A stretch of DNA of 64,000 bases. Origin: Candidatus Latescibacterota bacterium. GTDB lineage: Bacteria; Latescibacterota; UBA2968. Of this stretch, positions 52,363-62,722 are shown in pieces; position 1 is the stretch's first letter; the number at the start of each line of letters is the position of its first letter. Location: NCBI GenBank assembly GCA_965207885.1, contig OZ242311.1, positions 5,024,001 to 5,088,000 of the forward strand, given 5' to 3'. Position numbers and translations under genes: made by a program. The notes below the pieces were generated by a model. That model made no database searches and was not told the origin of the DNA. It saw only the letters and a program-made list of their open reading frames with translations.

Positions 52363-53772
52363 ATGACTGAAATTATCGTTGCTGACGACCAGATAGAAGT
52401 CCTCGACATGCTGATTCGAAGCCTGCGGGAAGACACGCGCAAGGTCCATGCCTTCTCTACCGGACGCGAAGCTCTGGCATATCTGCAACAGCATCCCAAT
52501 CAGATTGGCCTGGCCATTCTCGACCTCGATTACGGACCCGATGAACCCGATGGCCTCGAAATTTTGCCACAAATGCTCGAATCGGTTCCCGACCTGCCCG
52601 TCATTATGCTCACCGGACAAGGCACAATAGACACTGCCGTGGCTGCACTGCGATTGGGCGCAACAGACTTTATTGAAAAAGACTTTTATATCGAAGACAA
52701 AATCGAACTCAGCCTTGAAAAACTCGACCGCGTGTATCAAGCACTTAAGGAAAACGCCCAACTGCGGGCCGAAGTTCAGGACCTGGGGCGCGAAAACCAA
52801 TTCTACCGAGACGAATTTGGCAAGCGTTATCAAATCATCGGCTCCAGCCCCAAACTCCAGCAAATCCTCCAGCGAGCGCAAACCGTAGCTCCCATCCCCC
52901 GGCCCGCGCTCATCACGGGAGAACCCGGCACGGGCAAAGAACTCGTCGCCGCGGCCATCCACTATGGCAGTGACCGCAAAGACCGTCCCTTTGTCAAAGT
53001 CAATTGCGCCGCCATTGCCGACCAATTGCTCGAAAGCGAACTCTTTGGACACGAAAAAGGGGCTTATACAGGCGCGACAGAAGCCCGCACGGGCAAATTT
53101 GAAGCCGCGAGTGGCGGCACCCTGTTCCTCGATGAAATCGGCAACACCACCCCCGAATTTCAGCAAAATGTGTTGCGAGCCATTGAATATAGCGAAATTC
53201 AGCGCGTGGGCAGTGCGACACCCATCTTTGTCGATGTTCGCGTTATTGCCGCCACGAATACCGACCTCGAAACGGAAATTGCCGAAGGTCGATTCCGCCA
53301 GGACCTCTACGACAGATTGCGCTTTGAAGTCTTGCACATGCCCCCGTTGCGCGAACGCCGAGAAGACATTCCCGCATTAGCCGATTATTTTGTCGCACAA
53401 ATCGTCGAAGAAGTACCAGGCCTGCAAAAACGCGATTTTTCCGATGCGGCAACAGAACGCCTGATGACATATAGCTGGCCGGGCAATGTGCGCGAACTCA
53501 AATTTGCGGCCGAACGCGCGGCCTGTGTCGCCCGAGGGACAGAGATTGAACCGGGCGATTTGCCCCCCGAAGTTTCTCAACAAGCGCCCCAATCACCCGA
53601 ATTGAACGACGGTTTTGAATCACAAGTGCAATCCTATGAACTGAGTCTATTGCGGCGCATTCTCGATAAAGTCTCCTGGAACCAGCGCGAAGCCGCCAAA
53701 CAACTCAAACTCAGCTACGACCAATTTCGCCACCTGTACCGCAAATATAAACTCAACAAAGAAAAACCCTGA
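52363..53772 (+). CDS. Sigma54 response regulator, REC plus PspF-like AAA+ and HTH
   Basis: ADD/LDLD receiver, GEPGTGKE, GAYTGA, PspF-type RAIEY, DRLRFEV and LSYDQFRHL. Confidence 0.9.
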   Translation: MTEIIVADDQIEVLDMLIRSLREDTRKVHAFSTGREALAYLQQHPNQIGLAILDLDYGPDEPDGLEILPQMLESVPDLPVIMLTGQGTIDTAVAALRLGATDFIEKDFYIEDKIELSLEKLDRVYQALKENAQLRAEVQDLGRENQFYRDEFGKRYQIIGSSPKLQQILQRAQTVAPIPRPALITGEPGTGKELVAAAIHYGSDRKDRPFVKVNCAAIADQLLESELFGHEKGAYTGATEARTGKFEAASGGTLFLDEIGNTTPEFQQNVLRAIEYSEIQRVGSATPIFVDVRVIAATNTDLETEIAEGRFRQDLYDRLRFEVLHMPPLRERREDIPALADYFVAQIVEEVPGLQKRDFSDAATERLMTYSWPGNVRELKFAAERAACVARGTEIEPGDLPPEVSQQAPQSPELNDGFESQVQSYELSLLRRILDKVSWNQREAAKQLKLSYDQFRHLYRKYKLNKEKP

Positions 53773-54208
53773 TTGCTATGGCTCTCGACATCCCTGTTCG
53801 GGCAAATCTCCAATTCTTTCGTTGTCTCAACGACAGCATATCTTCCTGGGCGAGCCACCTGCCCATTTTGTTCCTCGCTTCATTTTTGGCAATACTCCTG
53901 AGTGCGGTATCGGGCACTTTGCTCCTGGGCAGCTTATATGCTGGCTTTGCCATCATGACCTTGCGCGCGCAGCAAGGAGCAAAACCCCGCATGCGAGATC
54001 TATTTGGGCAGATCATTCGTTTCGTCCGTTTTTTCTCGATGAATATTTTCATCTTCCTATTTTTTATTATCGGTTTAGTCATCATTGCGGTACTGGTTTT
54101 TATGAGCAGCGATTTCTTTGCATTTCTGCTCAATGCATTCAAACAGGTCATTGCCCAGGAAACGCCTTGGGCTATCCCCTTTGGCTCAGAACACATTGGA
54201 AAATTCTT

Positions 54209-55406
54209 CATAGTACACGACAAAAAATAAAAGACCTGTGAAAAAAGCTAAAAAGAGTTAGGTTTGAATGTCCCAAGACAAACCTTTCTCATCTTAACAA
54301 GGCACAGGTCTATGTCTCCTGAAACTATTGAACTTCAAACGATTATGCAAGGATATTTTCACTGGCATAAAGCCCGAATAACGTTTACCGCTGCGTTCAT
54401 ATTGTCGCTGATAAAATTGCGTAGCGTCAATTTTATGAAACTGGCAAACGCACTCAATGGAACCGTCAAGCAGAAATCTAATTATCGTCGTATCCAACGC
54501 TTCTTTGCCCACTTTGCCTTACCCTATGCGTGTGTGAGACAATTGATCTTGCACTTATTACCTATAAAGTCGGATTTTATAGTCTCAATAGATCGCACCA
54601 ATTGGAAGTTGGGAAAATTCAATATCAACATCCTAACCGCAGGCATTATCTATGAAGGGGTCGCCTTTCCTATCTGTTGGCACTTGTTAAAAAAACGGGG
54701 CAATTCCAATAGTGATGAGCGTATCCATTTGATGCAAGAAATGCTCAACTGCATCTGCAAATCGCATATCCGCGTTGTCGTCGCAGACAGAGAATTTATT
54801 GGAAGAGAATGGTTTAGGTGGTTAGACACACAAAATATACCCTTTGTTATTCGCATCAAGGAAAACGCTCTTGTCTCATCAGGCGGTAGAGAGATCCCCA
54901 TAAGAAAACGGTTTGAAAATCTTAATATCCATCAGCAGGTCAACTTGTGCAAACGCCACCGCGTTTATGACCTGCCTGTATATCTGTCTGCACTAAGATT
55001 GAAGGACCAATACCTCATTCTTGCCAGCAACCAAAAAGGTCAAGCCGCATTGGATACCTATAAAAAACGATGGGGCATTGAAGTCCTTTTTGCCAATCTT
55101 AAAAGTCGAGGATTTAATCTGGAAGAGACCCATCTTATACATCAAGACCGCATTGAGAAACTCATCGCGCTTTTGGCCATTGCCTGCATCTGGGCGCATA
55201 TCATCGGCGAATGGATAGCAAAAACAAATCCTTTGACGATCAAAAATCACGGGCGGATGGAGAAAAGTCTCTTCCGATATGGGTTGGACTATTTGCAGTA
55301 TGTCCTGCTCAATATAAACCAACAAACCCAACAGTTCCTCATATGCATTCGTTTACTGAGTAATCCGCCACTGTTTAAAACAATTTAAGTTTTGTCGTGT
55401 ACCATG
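54209..55406 (+). mobile_element. IS4-family insertion sequence, copy 2
   Basis: TIRs catagtacacgacaaaa / ttttgtcgtgtaccatg; TSD AAAATTCTT at 54200-54208 and 55407-55415. Confidence 0.93.
54312..55388 (+). CDS. IS4-family DDE transposase
   Basis: IDRTNWK, ADREF, YKKRWGIE; paralog of 16532-17608. Confidence 0.93.
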   Translation: MSPETIELQTIMQGYFHWHKARITFTAAFILSLIKLRSVNFMKLANALNGTVKQKSNYRRIQRFFAHFALPYACVRQLILHLLPIKSDFIVSIDRTNWKLGKFNINILTAGIIYEGVAFPICWHLLKKRGNSNSDERIHLMQEMLNCICKSHIRVVVADREFIGREWFRWLDTQNIPFVIRIKENALVSSGGREIPIRKRFENLNIHQQVNLCKRHRVYDLPVYLSALRLKDQYLILASNQKGQAALDTYKKRWGIEVLFANLKSRGFNLEETHLIHQDRIEKLIALLAIACIWAHIIGEWIAKTNPLTIKNHGRMEKSLFRYGLDYLQYVLLNINQQTQQFLICIRLLSNPPLFKTI

Positions 55407-56558
55407 AAAATTCTTAGAAGAAAAAAATCTCTTTTGGGCCGTCATTCTGGTAGCTTGTCTCTTATTTTTGCCAGGCCTCGTTTTTGTTGTCAAATGCTTC
55501 TACATCTATCTTCTGGCAGCAGACCGGGGGGTACACATCGATGAAGCTTATGTCGAAAGTCGCAAAGCCGTAGAACGCTACGGTTTCTTTCGCCACTGCG
55601 CGCTTATACTCACCGCGCTCGGAATTCTTGTCGGCTCAGTGATACTCGTCGAGAACATCGTCGATAATACCTTCGCCACATTCTGTGTCTTTGTTCTCTT
55701 TCAACCCCTCGCGCTCGGGATTTTTGCATCGGCCTACAACCAGACCCTCTGCGAAGAAGCGCGACAGTGGGAAAGCTACAAACAACAATTTTCGGAAATG
55801 CGCGATGAATTGCAAACAGCGCACGACATGCAAATGGGTCTATTGCCGCAATCCAGTCCCGACCTGCCGGGTTTTGCACTCGACGGAACCTGTATTCCCG
55901 CCAACAGCGTCGGCGGGGATTACTATACGTACCGCTGGTTGGATGAAGACAAAACAAAACTCGGCATCGTCGTTGCCGATGTCTCTGGCAAAGCCATGGA
56001 AGCAGCCGTGACCGCCGTGCGTTTCAATGAAATGCTCCGCTATGAATGCCAAAATCGCGTTGTACCAGCCGATATTCTCGACGGTCTTAATGACTCACTG
56101 GAAGGTCAGATTGACCAGGCCACATTTATTACCTGCTGCATCGCTGTGCTCGACGTACCCACCGGCGAAGTCACGCTTGCAAGTGCAGGACACTGTCCAC
56201 CGATCCATCTATCCAATCAATCTCAATTTATCGACCTCGCGGGATATCCCCTTGGCATCCCGGCACTTATACGCCCCCAAACTCCCTATCGAGTTGAGCA
56301 TTTAACACTCGCGCCCGGTGATCGCCTCATATTATACTCCGATGGTGTCGTCGAAGCCCAAAATGCCAAACGCAACTTCTTTGACGACGACCGATTTATA
56401 CGTTGCCTTGAACGCGCATCCATAGACCGGACACCCACAGACCTGATTGCCGATCTCGTCGCCGATGTCAAATCCTTTATTGGCAAAGCGCGGCGCACCG
56501 ACGACATAACCCTCGTTATTCTCCAGCGCGATTTATCCCTTAACTCCTGACCCATCTC

Positions 56559-57728
56559 ATGATGACCAACGCCCGCTTCATACTCATACACTATCACGAA
56601 ATTGGCCTCAAAGGCAAAAATCGGGGCAAATTTGAACGGCGTCTGATGACCAACATCAACCGCGCACTCAAAGACGTACCCTGCGGAAAGCTCGAGCGTC
56701 TATCGGGCCGCATGATGCTCGCACTCACCTCAGAATCGCCGATAGATGTAATCCGAGAACGACTCTCAACAGTCTTTGGCATCGCCAACTTTTCCGAAGC
56801 AGTGGTCGCCAAACGCAATATCGAAGCCATTCGAGAAACAGCCTGGACACTCGCACAAAAAACCGACTTTCAATCATTCAAAATTGTCACCAGGCGCGGC
56901 GACAAAACCTTTCCCATCAATTCGGATCAAATCAACCGGGATGTGGGCAAGCATATTCAAACCCTGTCCGGTGCCCGCGTCCTGATGGACAACCCAGACC
57001 TCACCTGCTTTATTGAAATTGCCCCACAACGCATATTTATCTACGCTGAAAAAATTCCGGCACCAGGGGGTTTGCCCGTCGGTTCCAATGAAAGCGCTGT
57101 AAGCCTCATCTCCTCGGGCATTGACTCACCCGTGGCTTCTTACAAAATTATGAAACGCGGTGTCAAACTGACTTATGTGCATTTTCACAGTCAGCCCTAT
57201 ACCAATCGCAATTCCCAGCGCAACACCGAAGACCTCGTGCGACTCCTCACCCGGCATCAATACGTGTCGGACCTGTACCTGGTGCCATTTGTCGAAATTC
57301 AACGCCACATCATGATGCGAGCACCTGCGAGCTATCGCGTCATTCTCTACCGCCGCGCCATGCTGCGCATAGCAGAAGCCGTTGCCCAAAAAGTCAATGC
57401 CCTCGCACTTGTCACTGGCGAAAACGTCGGGCAGGTCGCCTCGCAAACCCTGTCGAACATGCGCGTCATCGAAGAAGTGACCCCGCTACCCATCTTGCGT
57501 CCATTAGCCGGTGACAACAAAGAAGAAATCATCAATGAAGCACGGCGCATTGGCACATATCATATCTCCATCGAACCCTATGAAGATTGTTGTTCTGTCT
57601 TTGTACCCAAACACCCCGAAACGCGCGCCAATTTGGAAAAAGTCCGCGAAATCGAATCCGCGCTCAACCTCGCCCCCCTCATCGAACAAACCCTTGAACA
57701 AACCGAACGCAAAACATTCAAATTTTAG
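56559..57728 (+). CDS. thiI: tRNA 4-thiouridine synthase
   Basis: EIGLKGKNR, THUMP domain, SSGIDSPVA, GQVASQT, EDCC. Confidence 0.95.
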   Translation: MMTNARFILIHYHEIGLKGKNRGKFERRLMTNINRALKDVPCGKLERLSGRMMLALTSESPIDVIRERLSTVFGIANFSEAVVAKRNIEAIRETAWTLAQKTDFQSFKIVTRRGDKTFPINSDQINRDVGKHIQTLSGARVLMDNPDLTCFIEIAPQRIFIYAEKIPAPGGLPVGSNESAVSLISSGIDSPVASYKIMKRGVKLTYVHFHSQPYTNRNSQRNTEDLVRLLTRHQYVSDLYLVPFVEIQRHIMMRAPASYRVILYRRAMLRIAEAVAQKVNALALVTGENVGQVASQTLSNMRVIEEVTPLPILRPLAGDNKEEIINEARRIGTYHISIEPYEDCCSVFVPKHPETRANLEKVREIESALNLAPLIEQTLEQTERKTFKF

Positions 57729-57733
57729 CATAC

Positions 57734-58657
57734 TCATTTTGTACCTCCCACCTTCTCTTGCCAGACCTCCAGCCCCTGGTATGCTTCAAAAATCGCCTCA
57801 ATCAAATACCGAATCGCCGCACTAAAATAGCGCCCTCGCCGCCACGCCACACCGATCTCGCGGCTAAATGCCACCCTCTCCACATCCACCACCTTTAACG
57901 CCCCGGCACTTAGGGACTCCTGCACAGTTAGCATAGGCAAAAACGAAATCCCAACACCGACCTCCACCAGCTTACGCATTGCCTCCGGGCTTCGCATCTC
58001 CATCACCACGCCGGGAGACACGCCCGCTTCTGCAAATCGCTCATCCACAATTTTGCGCGATATGGAATCCGTGTGAAACAGGATCAAAGGCTCTTGCACC
58101 ACCTCTTGCAAAGTCGCGCTTTCTCGCGCGGCAAAAGGATGAGATGCCCCCACCACAAGCGGCATAGAATCCCGATAAATCGACACCGTCTCCACGCGCG
58201 GATGATCATAAGGCAGCGAAATAACCGCAAACTCAGAGCGATTCATCAGCAGATCATCTACCAGATAGCGCGATGGTGCTACCTGTGCAGACAGAGAAAC
58301 ACTGGGATAAGCACGCCTGTAATCCTTCAAAATATCCGGCAACAAATACGTCACAGCCGCATCAATCGCGCCAAACTGAAACCCCTCCCCCGGCAACACA
58401 TCGCGCCGCTGCAAGTGGTCTTCTACCTCTTCGACCAGATCCTGAATCTGCATCGCATAGTTCACCAGCGTGCGCCCTTCCATTGTCAGCGCCACGCGCT
58501 TACCACCCCGGTTAAAAAGCCTCACCCCCATTGTCTTTTCCAATTCAGCAATACCACTGCTCACCGTTGGCTGAGTCACATGCATCTCCCGTGCTGCCTG
58601 ACTAAAACTCCCGGTTTGTGCAACAGACAAAAAATAGCGCAAATGATAAAGATTCAT
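57734..58657 (-). CDS. LysR-family transcriptional regulator
   Basis: MNLYHLRYF..SFSQAA..TQPTVS..LE..G.RLF.R. Confidence 0.93.
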   Translation of the reverse strand: MNLYHLRYFLSVAQTGSFSQAAREMHVTQPTVSSGIAELEKTMGVRLFNRGGKRVALTMEGRTLVNYAMQIQDLVEEVEDHLQRRDVLPGEGFQFGAIDAAVTYLLPDILKDYRRAYPSVSLSAQVAPSRYLVDDLLMNRSEFAVISLPYDHPRVETVSIYRDSMPLVVGASHPFAARESATLQEVVQEPLILFHTDSISRKIVDERFAEAGVSPGVVMEMRSPEAMRKLVEVGVGISFLPMLTVQESLSAGALKVVDVERVAFSREIGVAWRRGRYFSAAIRYLIEAIFEAYQGLEVWQEKVGGTK

Positions 58658-58684
58658 ATCTCGCTCCAATTCAAAATACAATCT

Positions 58685-58699
58685 ATAGATTTTATCTAT
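58685..58699. promoter_or_regulatory. LysR-type operator
   Basis: ATAG-N7-CTAT (T-N11-A) between the divergent lysR and ino1 genes. Confidence 0.6.
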
Positions 58700-58796
58700 A
58701 AATAATATAGCAATTATTGATTTGTCTAATAAGAAAAAATCACAGACATTTGTCCGACAATATTTTATGAACTCTTTTCACGCAAGGAGAAGAATC

Positions 58797-59882
58797 ATGT
58801 CCTCCAAAGTCCGAGTCGCCATCATCGGTGTAGGCAACTGTGCATCCTCCCTTGTACAGGGCGTCGAATACTACAAAAACGCTTCTGAAGATGATTTCAT
58901 ACCCGGATTGATGCACCCCAACCTGGGCGGCTATCACATCCGCGACATTGAATTTTCCGCAGCCTTTGACGTCAATGCGAAAAAAGTGGACAAAGACTTG
59001 AGCGAAGCCATCTTTGCCCATCCCAACAACACCATCAAATTTGCCGATGTCCCCCACCTCGACGTTCCCGTTTACCGCGGCATGACCCACGATGGACTGG
59101 GCAAATACCTCGATCAAGTCATAACAAAAGCCGAAGGCGACACCGTTGACATCGCCGAAATCCTCAAAGCCACGCGCACAGATGTCGTCGTCAATTACCT
59201 GCCCGTGGGCAGCGAACAGGCCACCAAGTGGTATGTGGAACAAGTCCTGCAAGCCGGATGTGCCTTCGTCAACTGCATGCCCGTCTTTATCGCCAGTGCC
59301 GGACACTGGCCCGAGCGTTTTGAAAAACGCGGCCTGCCTCTCATCGGAGACGACATCAAATCACAGGTCGGCGCCACCATCACCCACCGCGTGCTCACCC
59401 GCCTGTTCCGCGAACGCGGCGTCAAACTCAGCAAAACGTATCAACTCAATTTTGGCGGCAACACCGACTTTTACAACATGCTCGAACGCGAACGCCTGGA
59501 ATCCAAAAAAATCTCCAAAACACAAGCCGTCACCTCTCAGCTCGACTACGACCTGGGCGAAGACAATATTCACGTTGGTCCCAGCGATCACATTCCCTGG
59601 CTGGAAGACCGCAAATGGTGTCATATCCGCATGGAAGGCGAAACCTTTGGCGGCGTGCCCCTCAACCTGGAACTCAAACTCGAAGTCTGGGACTCACCGA
59701 ACTCAGCGGGCGTGGTCATCGACGCAGTCAGGCTCTGCAAACTCGCCCTCAACCACGGCCTCAAAGGTCCCTTGATGGGACCATCGTCTTACCTCATGAA
59801 ATCGCCACCCAAACAATTTAGCGACGATCAAGCTCGCGAAATGACGAGTGACTTTATTCGCCAGTACCGCATAAAAGAGTAA
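58797..59882 (+). CDS. ino1: myo-inositol-1-phosphate synthase
   Basis: [45 protein letters not shown]. Confidence 0.95.
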   Translation: MSSKVRVAIIGVGNCASSLVQGVEYYKNASEDDFIPGLMHPNLGGYHIRDIEFSAAFDVNAKKVDKDLSEAIFAHPNNTIKFADVPHLDVPVYRGMTHDGLGKYLDQVITKAEGDTVDIAEILKATRTDVVVNYLPVGSEQATKWYVEQVLQAGCAFVNCMPVFIASAGHWPERFEKRGLPLIGDDIKSQVGATITHRVLTRLFRERGVKLSKTYQLNFGGNTDFYNMLERERLESKKISKTQAVTSQLDYDLGEDNIHVGPSDHIPWLEDRKWCHIRMEGETFGGVPLNLELKLEVWDSPNSAGVVIDAVRLCKLALNHGLKGPLMGPSSYLMKSPPKQFSDDQAREMTSDFIRQYRIKE

Positions 59883-59939
59883 AATCTCTCTCCCACACAG
59901 TGTTTGCCATTTGGCAGGCACTGTGTTTATCTTATATTT

Positions 59940-59981
59940 TAAGCGACCCTGGGCTTTGTGCCCCTGGTCGCTTATTTTTTT
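59940..59981 (+). terminator. Intrinsic terminator after ino1
   Basis: TAAGCGACC...GGTCGCTTA followed by T tract. Confidence 0.7.
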
Positions 59982-60010
59982 AACAATACAATCCACCAGA
60001 AAGACAACCA

Positions 60011-60505
60011 ATGGAAAATATGCAAAAGTTAAAACATCACGACATTGAGGCATATACAGAACGGACCAGAAACGGACCCTGCTTTATATGCGAAATGCTG
60101 GCGGGTAAAAACCCCCATCACATAGTCTATCAGGACGACTTTGCAGTTGCATTCATGAACAAATACACGCGGCTCTACGGATATGTCCTGGTGTCTCCCA
60201 TCAGACATAGAGAGCATGTAACGAGCGACTTTACAAAAGACGAATATTTGAGAATCCAGTCTCTTATATACGACATTTCAGAAGCTATCAAAAAAGTCGT
60301 CAGCACGGAACGGATGTATATCCTATCTCTTGGGAGTAAACAAGGAAACGCGCATGTACATTGGCATATAGCTCCATTGCCCCCTGGCGTTCCCTATGAG
60401 AAACAACAGACTAAGGCCATCAGCCCACGCGAAGGAATTTTGGATATTTCTGAAAGTGAAATGGAAGCCCTCGCTAACCAAATACGAAAGGCGATGGAGA
60501 GGTAA
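60011..60505 (+). CDS. HIT family protein
   Basis: CFIC and HVHWH motifs. Confidence 0.88.
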   Translation: MENMQKLKHHDIEAYTERTRNGPCFICEMLAGKNPHHIVYQDDFAVAFMNKYTRLYGYVLVSPIRHREHVTSDFTKDEYLRIQSLIYDISEAIKKVVSTERMYILSLGSKQGNAHVHWHIAPLPPGVPYEKQQTKAISPREGILDISESEMEALANQIRKAMER

Positions 60506-60662
60506 ACTGTACAAGTTTTCTACGCTCACCCATCCAAAACATTGCGACAAAAATCATTTGATTTCTATTTCTAAGGGACTAATTTACCCGGTACCTGTCC
60601 CGTAATCTCAGAGGGCCAAGAGGAAATCATCCCCTGAACCATTTAGAACACGAGAAAAAATA

Positions 60663-61466
60663 ATGCACGCAAACCCACACCAAATGAGGCGTTTTGAAAA
60701 TAAGATCGCCCTCATCACAGGTGGCGCTTCTGGCATTGGTCGGGCAACGGCAAATCGCCTCGCAGACGAAGGCGCACACGCAATCATCGCAGACCTGAAT
60801 GTAGAGATGGGCAATCGCGCCGTATCTCAGATCCGAGAAGCCGGTGGCGAAGCCACATTTTTACAAGTCGATTTGTCAGACGATACATCCGTCAGAAAAG
60901 CGGGTCGGATCGTCTCGGAAACATTCCCCACACTTCACATACTCGTGAACAACGCCGCCATATTGAGACAAGGCAATATTGAAGACGGCGAATGGCGGCA
61001 AAACTGGGAACCCGAAACGAGAATTGTAAGAGGTTGGGTGCTGCTAACCGAAGTCCTCTTGCCCCTGTTAAAAAAACAGGGCGGCGCAATCGTCAACACC
61101 TCCTCTGAAGGGGGATTCCTCGGGCGCAAGAACATGCTGGTCTATGATGCGATCAAAGCAAGCCTGGTTTCGATGACAAAAACAATGGCCTATGAGTTCG
61201 TTGATTACTGCATTCGCGTCAATGCCGTGGCACCGGGCTGGGTCGTCACAGAAATGCACTTTGGCAATGCCCCAGATCCGCAGGCGCGCAGAAAAGAACT
61301 GGAAGAAACACCGATCTCATCCTGCATCATGGGGCGACGCGCACAACCCGAAGAAGTCGCCTCTGTCATCGCCTTCCTCCTCAGTGAAGACGCCTCCTAT
61401 ATCACAGCCCAAACCATCCATATTGACGGTGGACGCTGGGGCATGAACTTGCCGAAAAAAAAATAA
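60663..61466 (+). CDS. SDR oxidoreductase
   Basis: TGGASGIG, NNAA, YDAIK, VNAVAPG. Confidence 0.93.
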   Translation: MHANPHQMRRFENKIALITGGASGIGRATANRLADEGAHAIIADLNVEMGNRAVSQIREAGGEATFLQVDLSDDTSVRKAGRIVSETFPTLHILVNNAAILRQGNIEDGEWRQNWEPETRIVRGWVLLTEVLLPLLKKQGGAIVNTSSEGGFLGRKNMLVYDAIKASLVSMTKTMAYEFVDYCIRVNAVAPGWVVTEMHFGNAPDPQARRKELEETPISSCIMGRRAQPEEVASVIAFLLSEDASYITAQTIHIDGGRWGMNLPKKK

Positions 61467-61556
61467 AAAATCGCAACCGCCGACGCCATCGTGCGATCTG
61501 CTCAGGAGCATAAAACCCGTCGATATATAAACCCATCACCTTCTAAGGAGACCGTC

Positions 61557-62147
61557 ATGGACAAAGTACTCATCATCGTAGGAGACGCCACAGAAACCGT
61601 CGATACGCTATACCCATTTCTCAGAATACAGGAAGACGGATTCACCCCCGTTGTCGCCGGGCCAGACAAGCGACGCTATCAAATGGTACTCCACGAAATC
61701 TCCCCCGGCTGGGACATCACCGAAGAATGGAAAGGGTATTCGATCAACGCCGACATCGCCTTTCGAGACGTTGACCCCTCCGAATACGTCGGCATCTTCT
61801 TCTCTGGTGGTCGCGCCCCCGAATACATTCGCGACGACCCCGATCTCATTCGCATCACGCGTTATTTCTTTGAACACAACAAACCCGTTGCCAGCGTCTG
61901 TCACGGCGTTGAAATCCCGTGTCGCGCAGGCGTAGTAAAAGGGCGTCGCATGGCCTGCGTTTGGAAATGTCAATTTGACCTCGAAGTCTGCGGCGGCATC
62001 TTCGTTGATGAACCGTGCGTCATCGACGGCAATCTGGTCAGTGGCCGCGTGTGGAACGACCACGGACAGTACATGAAACACTGGATGAACCTGCTCATCG
62101 AAGAACGCGAAAAAATGAAAACCCGCGAAACAGTCGCCGCCGATTAG
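61557..62147 (+). CDS. DJ-1/PfpI family protein
   Basis: GGRAPEY, SVCHG, DGNLVSGR. Confidence 0.9.
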   Translation: MDKVLIIVGDATETVDTLYPFLRIQEDGFTPVVAGPDKRRYQMVLHEISPGWDITEEWKGYSINADIAFRDVDPSEYVGIFFSGGRAPEYIRDDPDLIRITRYFFEHNKPVASVCHGVEIPCRAGVVKGRRMACVWKCQFDLEVCGGIFVDEPCVIDGNLVSGRVWNDHGQYMKHWMNLLIEEREKMKTRETVAAD

Positions 62148-62186
62148 ACGGAGCGGGGTAAAACTGGTCGTTTCTCAGACCAGTTC

Positions 62187-62247
62187 ATAGACGAATCCCA
62201 TCCCGCCACCCAAAGTCAGTGCGAATCTCGATTCGTTGATTCGTTGA
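62187..62247. repeat. Dispersed intergenic repeat, copy 2
   Basis: Similar to 8499-8566. Confidence 0.6.
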
Positions 62248-62260
62248 GAGGAGTAAGTGT

Positions 62261-62701
62261 ATGATCATCTCAGACCTGCGCGAGATTGAAGGCCGACAAT
62301 TTCCCGCACGCAGAAGAACACAGCCTGTTGCAGGTACTGGCACCCCCATCCCTACCGAGGAATTCTCCGTTGGATTCGTCACCTTCGAACCCAACGGAGG
62401 GCAGGTACCCTGGCACAATCAGGCACAGGAAGAAATCTACTTCGTCATAGAAGGCGAAGGCGAAATGTGTCTTGGAACCGAAAGACAAACCCTGAAAGCC
62501 GGTCAGGCCGTGTACATTCCCCCGGGAGAATATCATCAACTCACCAACCTGGGAGACGTACCCCTGAAAATGATCTACTGCTGTGCCGCTGGCTTTATTG
62601 CGCACCCGCAGCAGGAAATGACCGGCACCCTGCCGAAGGCAGGCATCGACGTACCTCCCCTACCCGATGGCGCGCAACCACAACAGACAGCCCCGCCATA
62701 A
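62261..62701 (+). CDS. Cupin domain protein
   Basis: PWHNQAQEEIYFVIEGEG, YIPPGEYH. Confidence 0.88.
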   Translation: MIISDLREIEGRQFPARRRTQPVAGTGTPIPTEEFSVGFVTFEPNGGQVPWHNQAQEEIYFVIEGEGEMCLGTERQTLKAGQAVYIPPGEYHQLTNLGDVPLKMIYCCAAGFIAHPQQEMTGTLPKAGIDVPPLPDGAQPQQTAPP

Positions 62702-62722
62702 ACGCGAACAAGGACGGACCAA

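Larger units (their letters stand above)
53778..56550 (+). pseudogene. Membrane-bound PP2C/SpoIIE phosphatase split by IS4
   Basis: Removing the IS and one TSD restores ..HIGKFLEEKNLFWAVILVACLIFLPGL..; VGGDYY, ADVSGK, YSDGVVE, DDITL. Confidence 0.88.

Noticed and set aside
52345-53337. 330-aa minus-strand ORF
   Set aside because: Typical antisense shadow of a sigma54 activator gene
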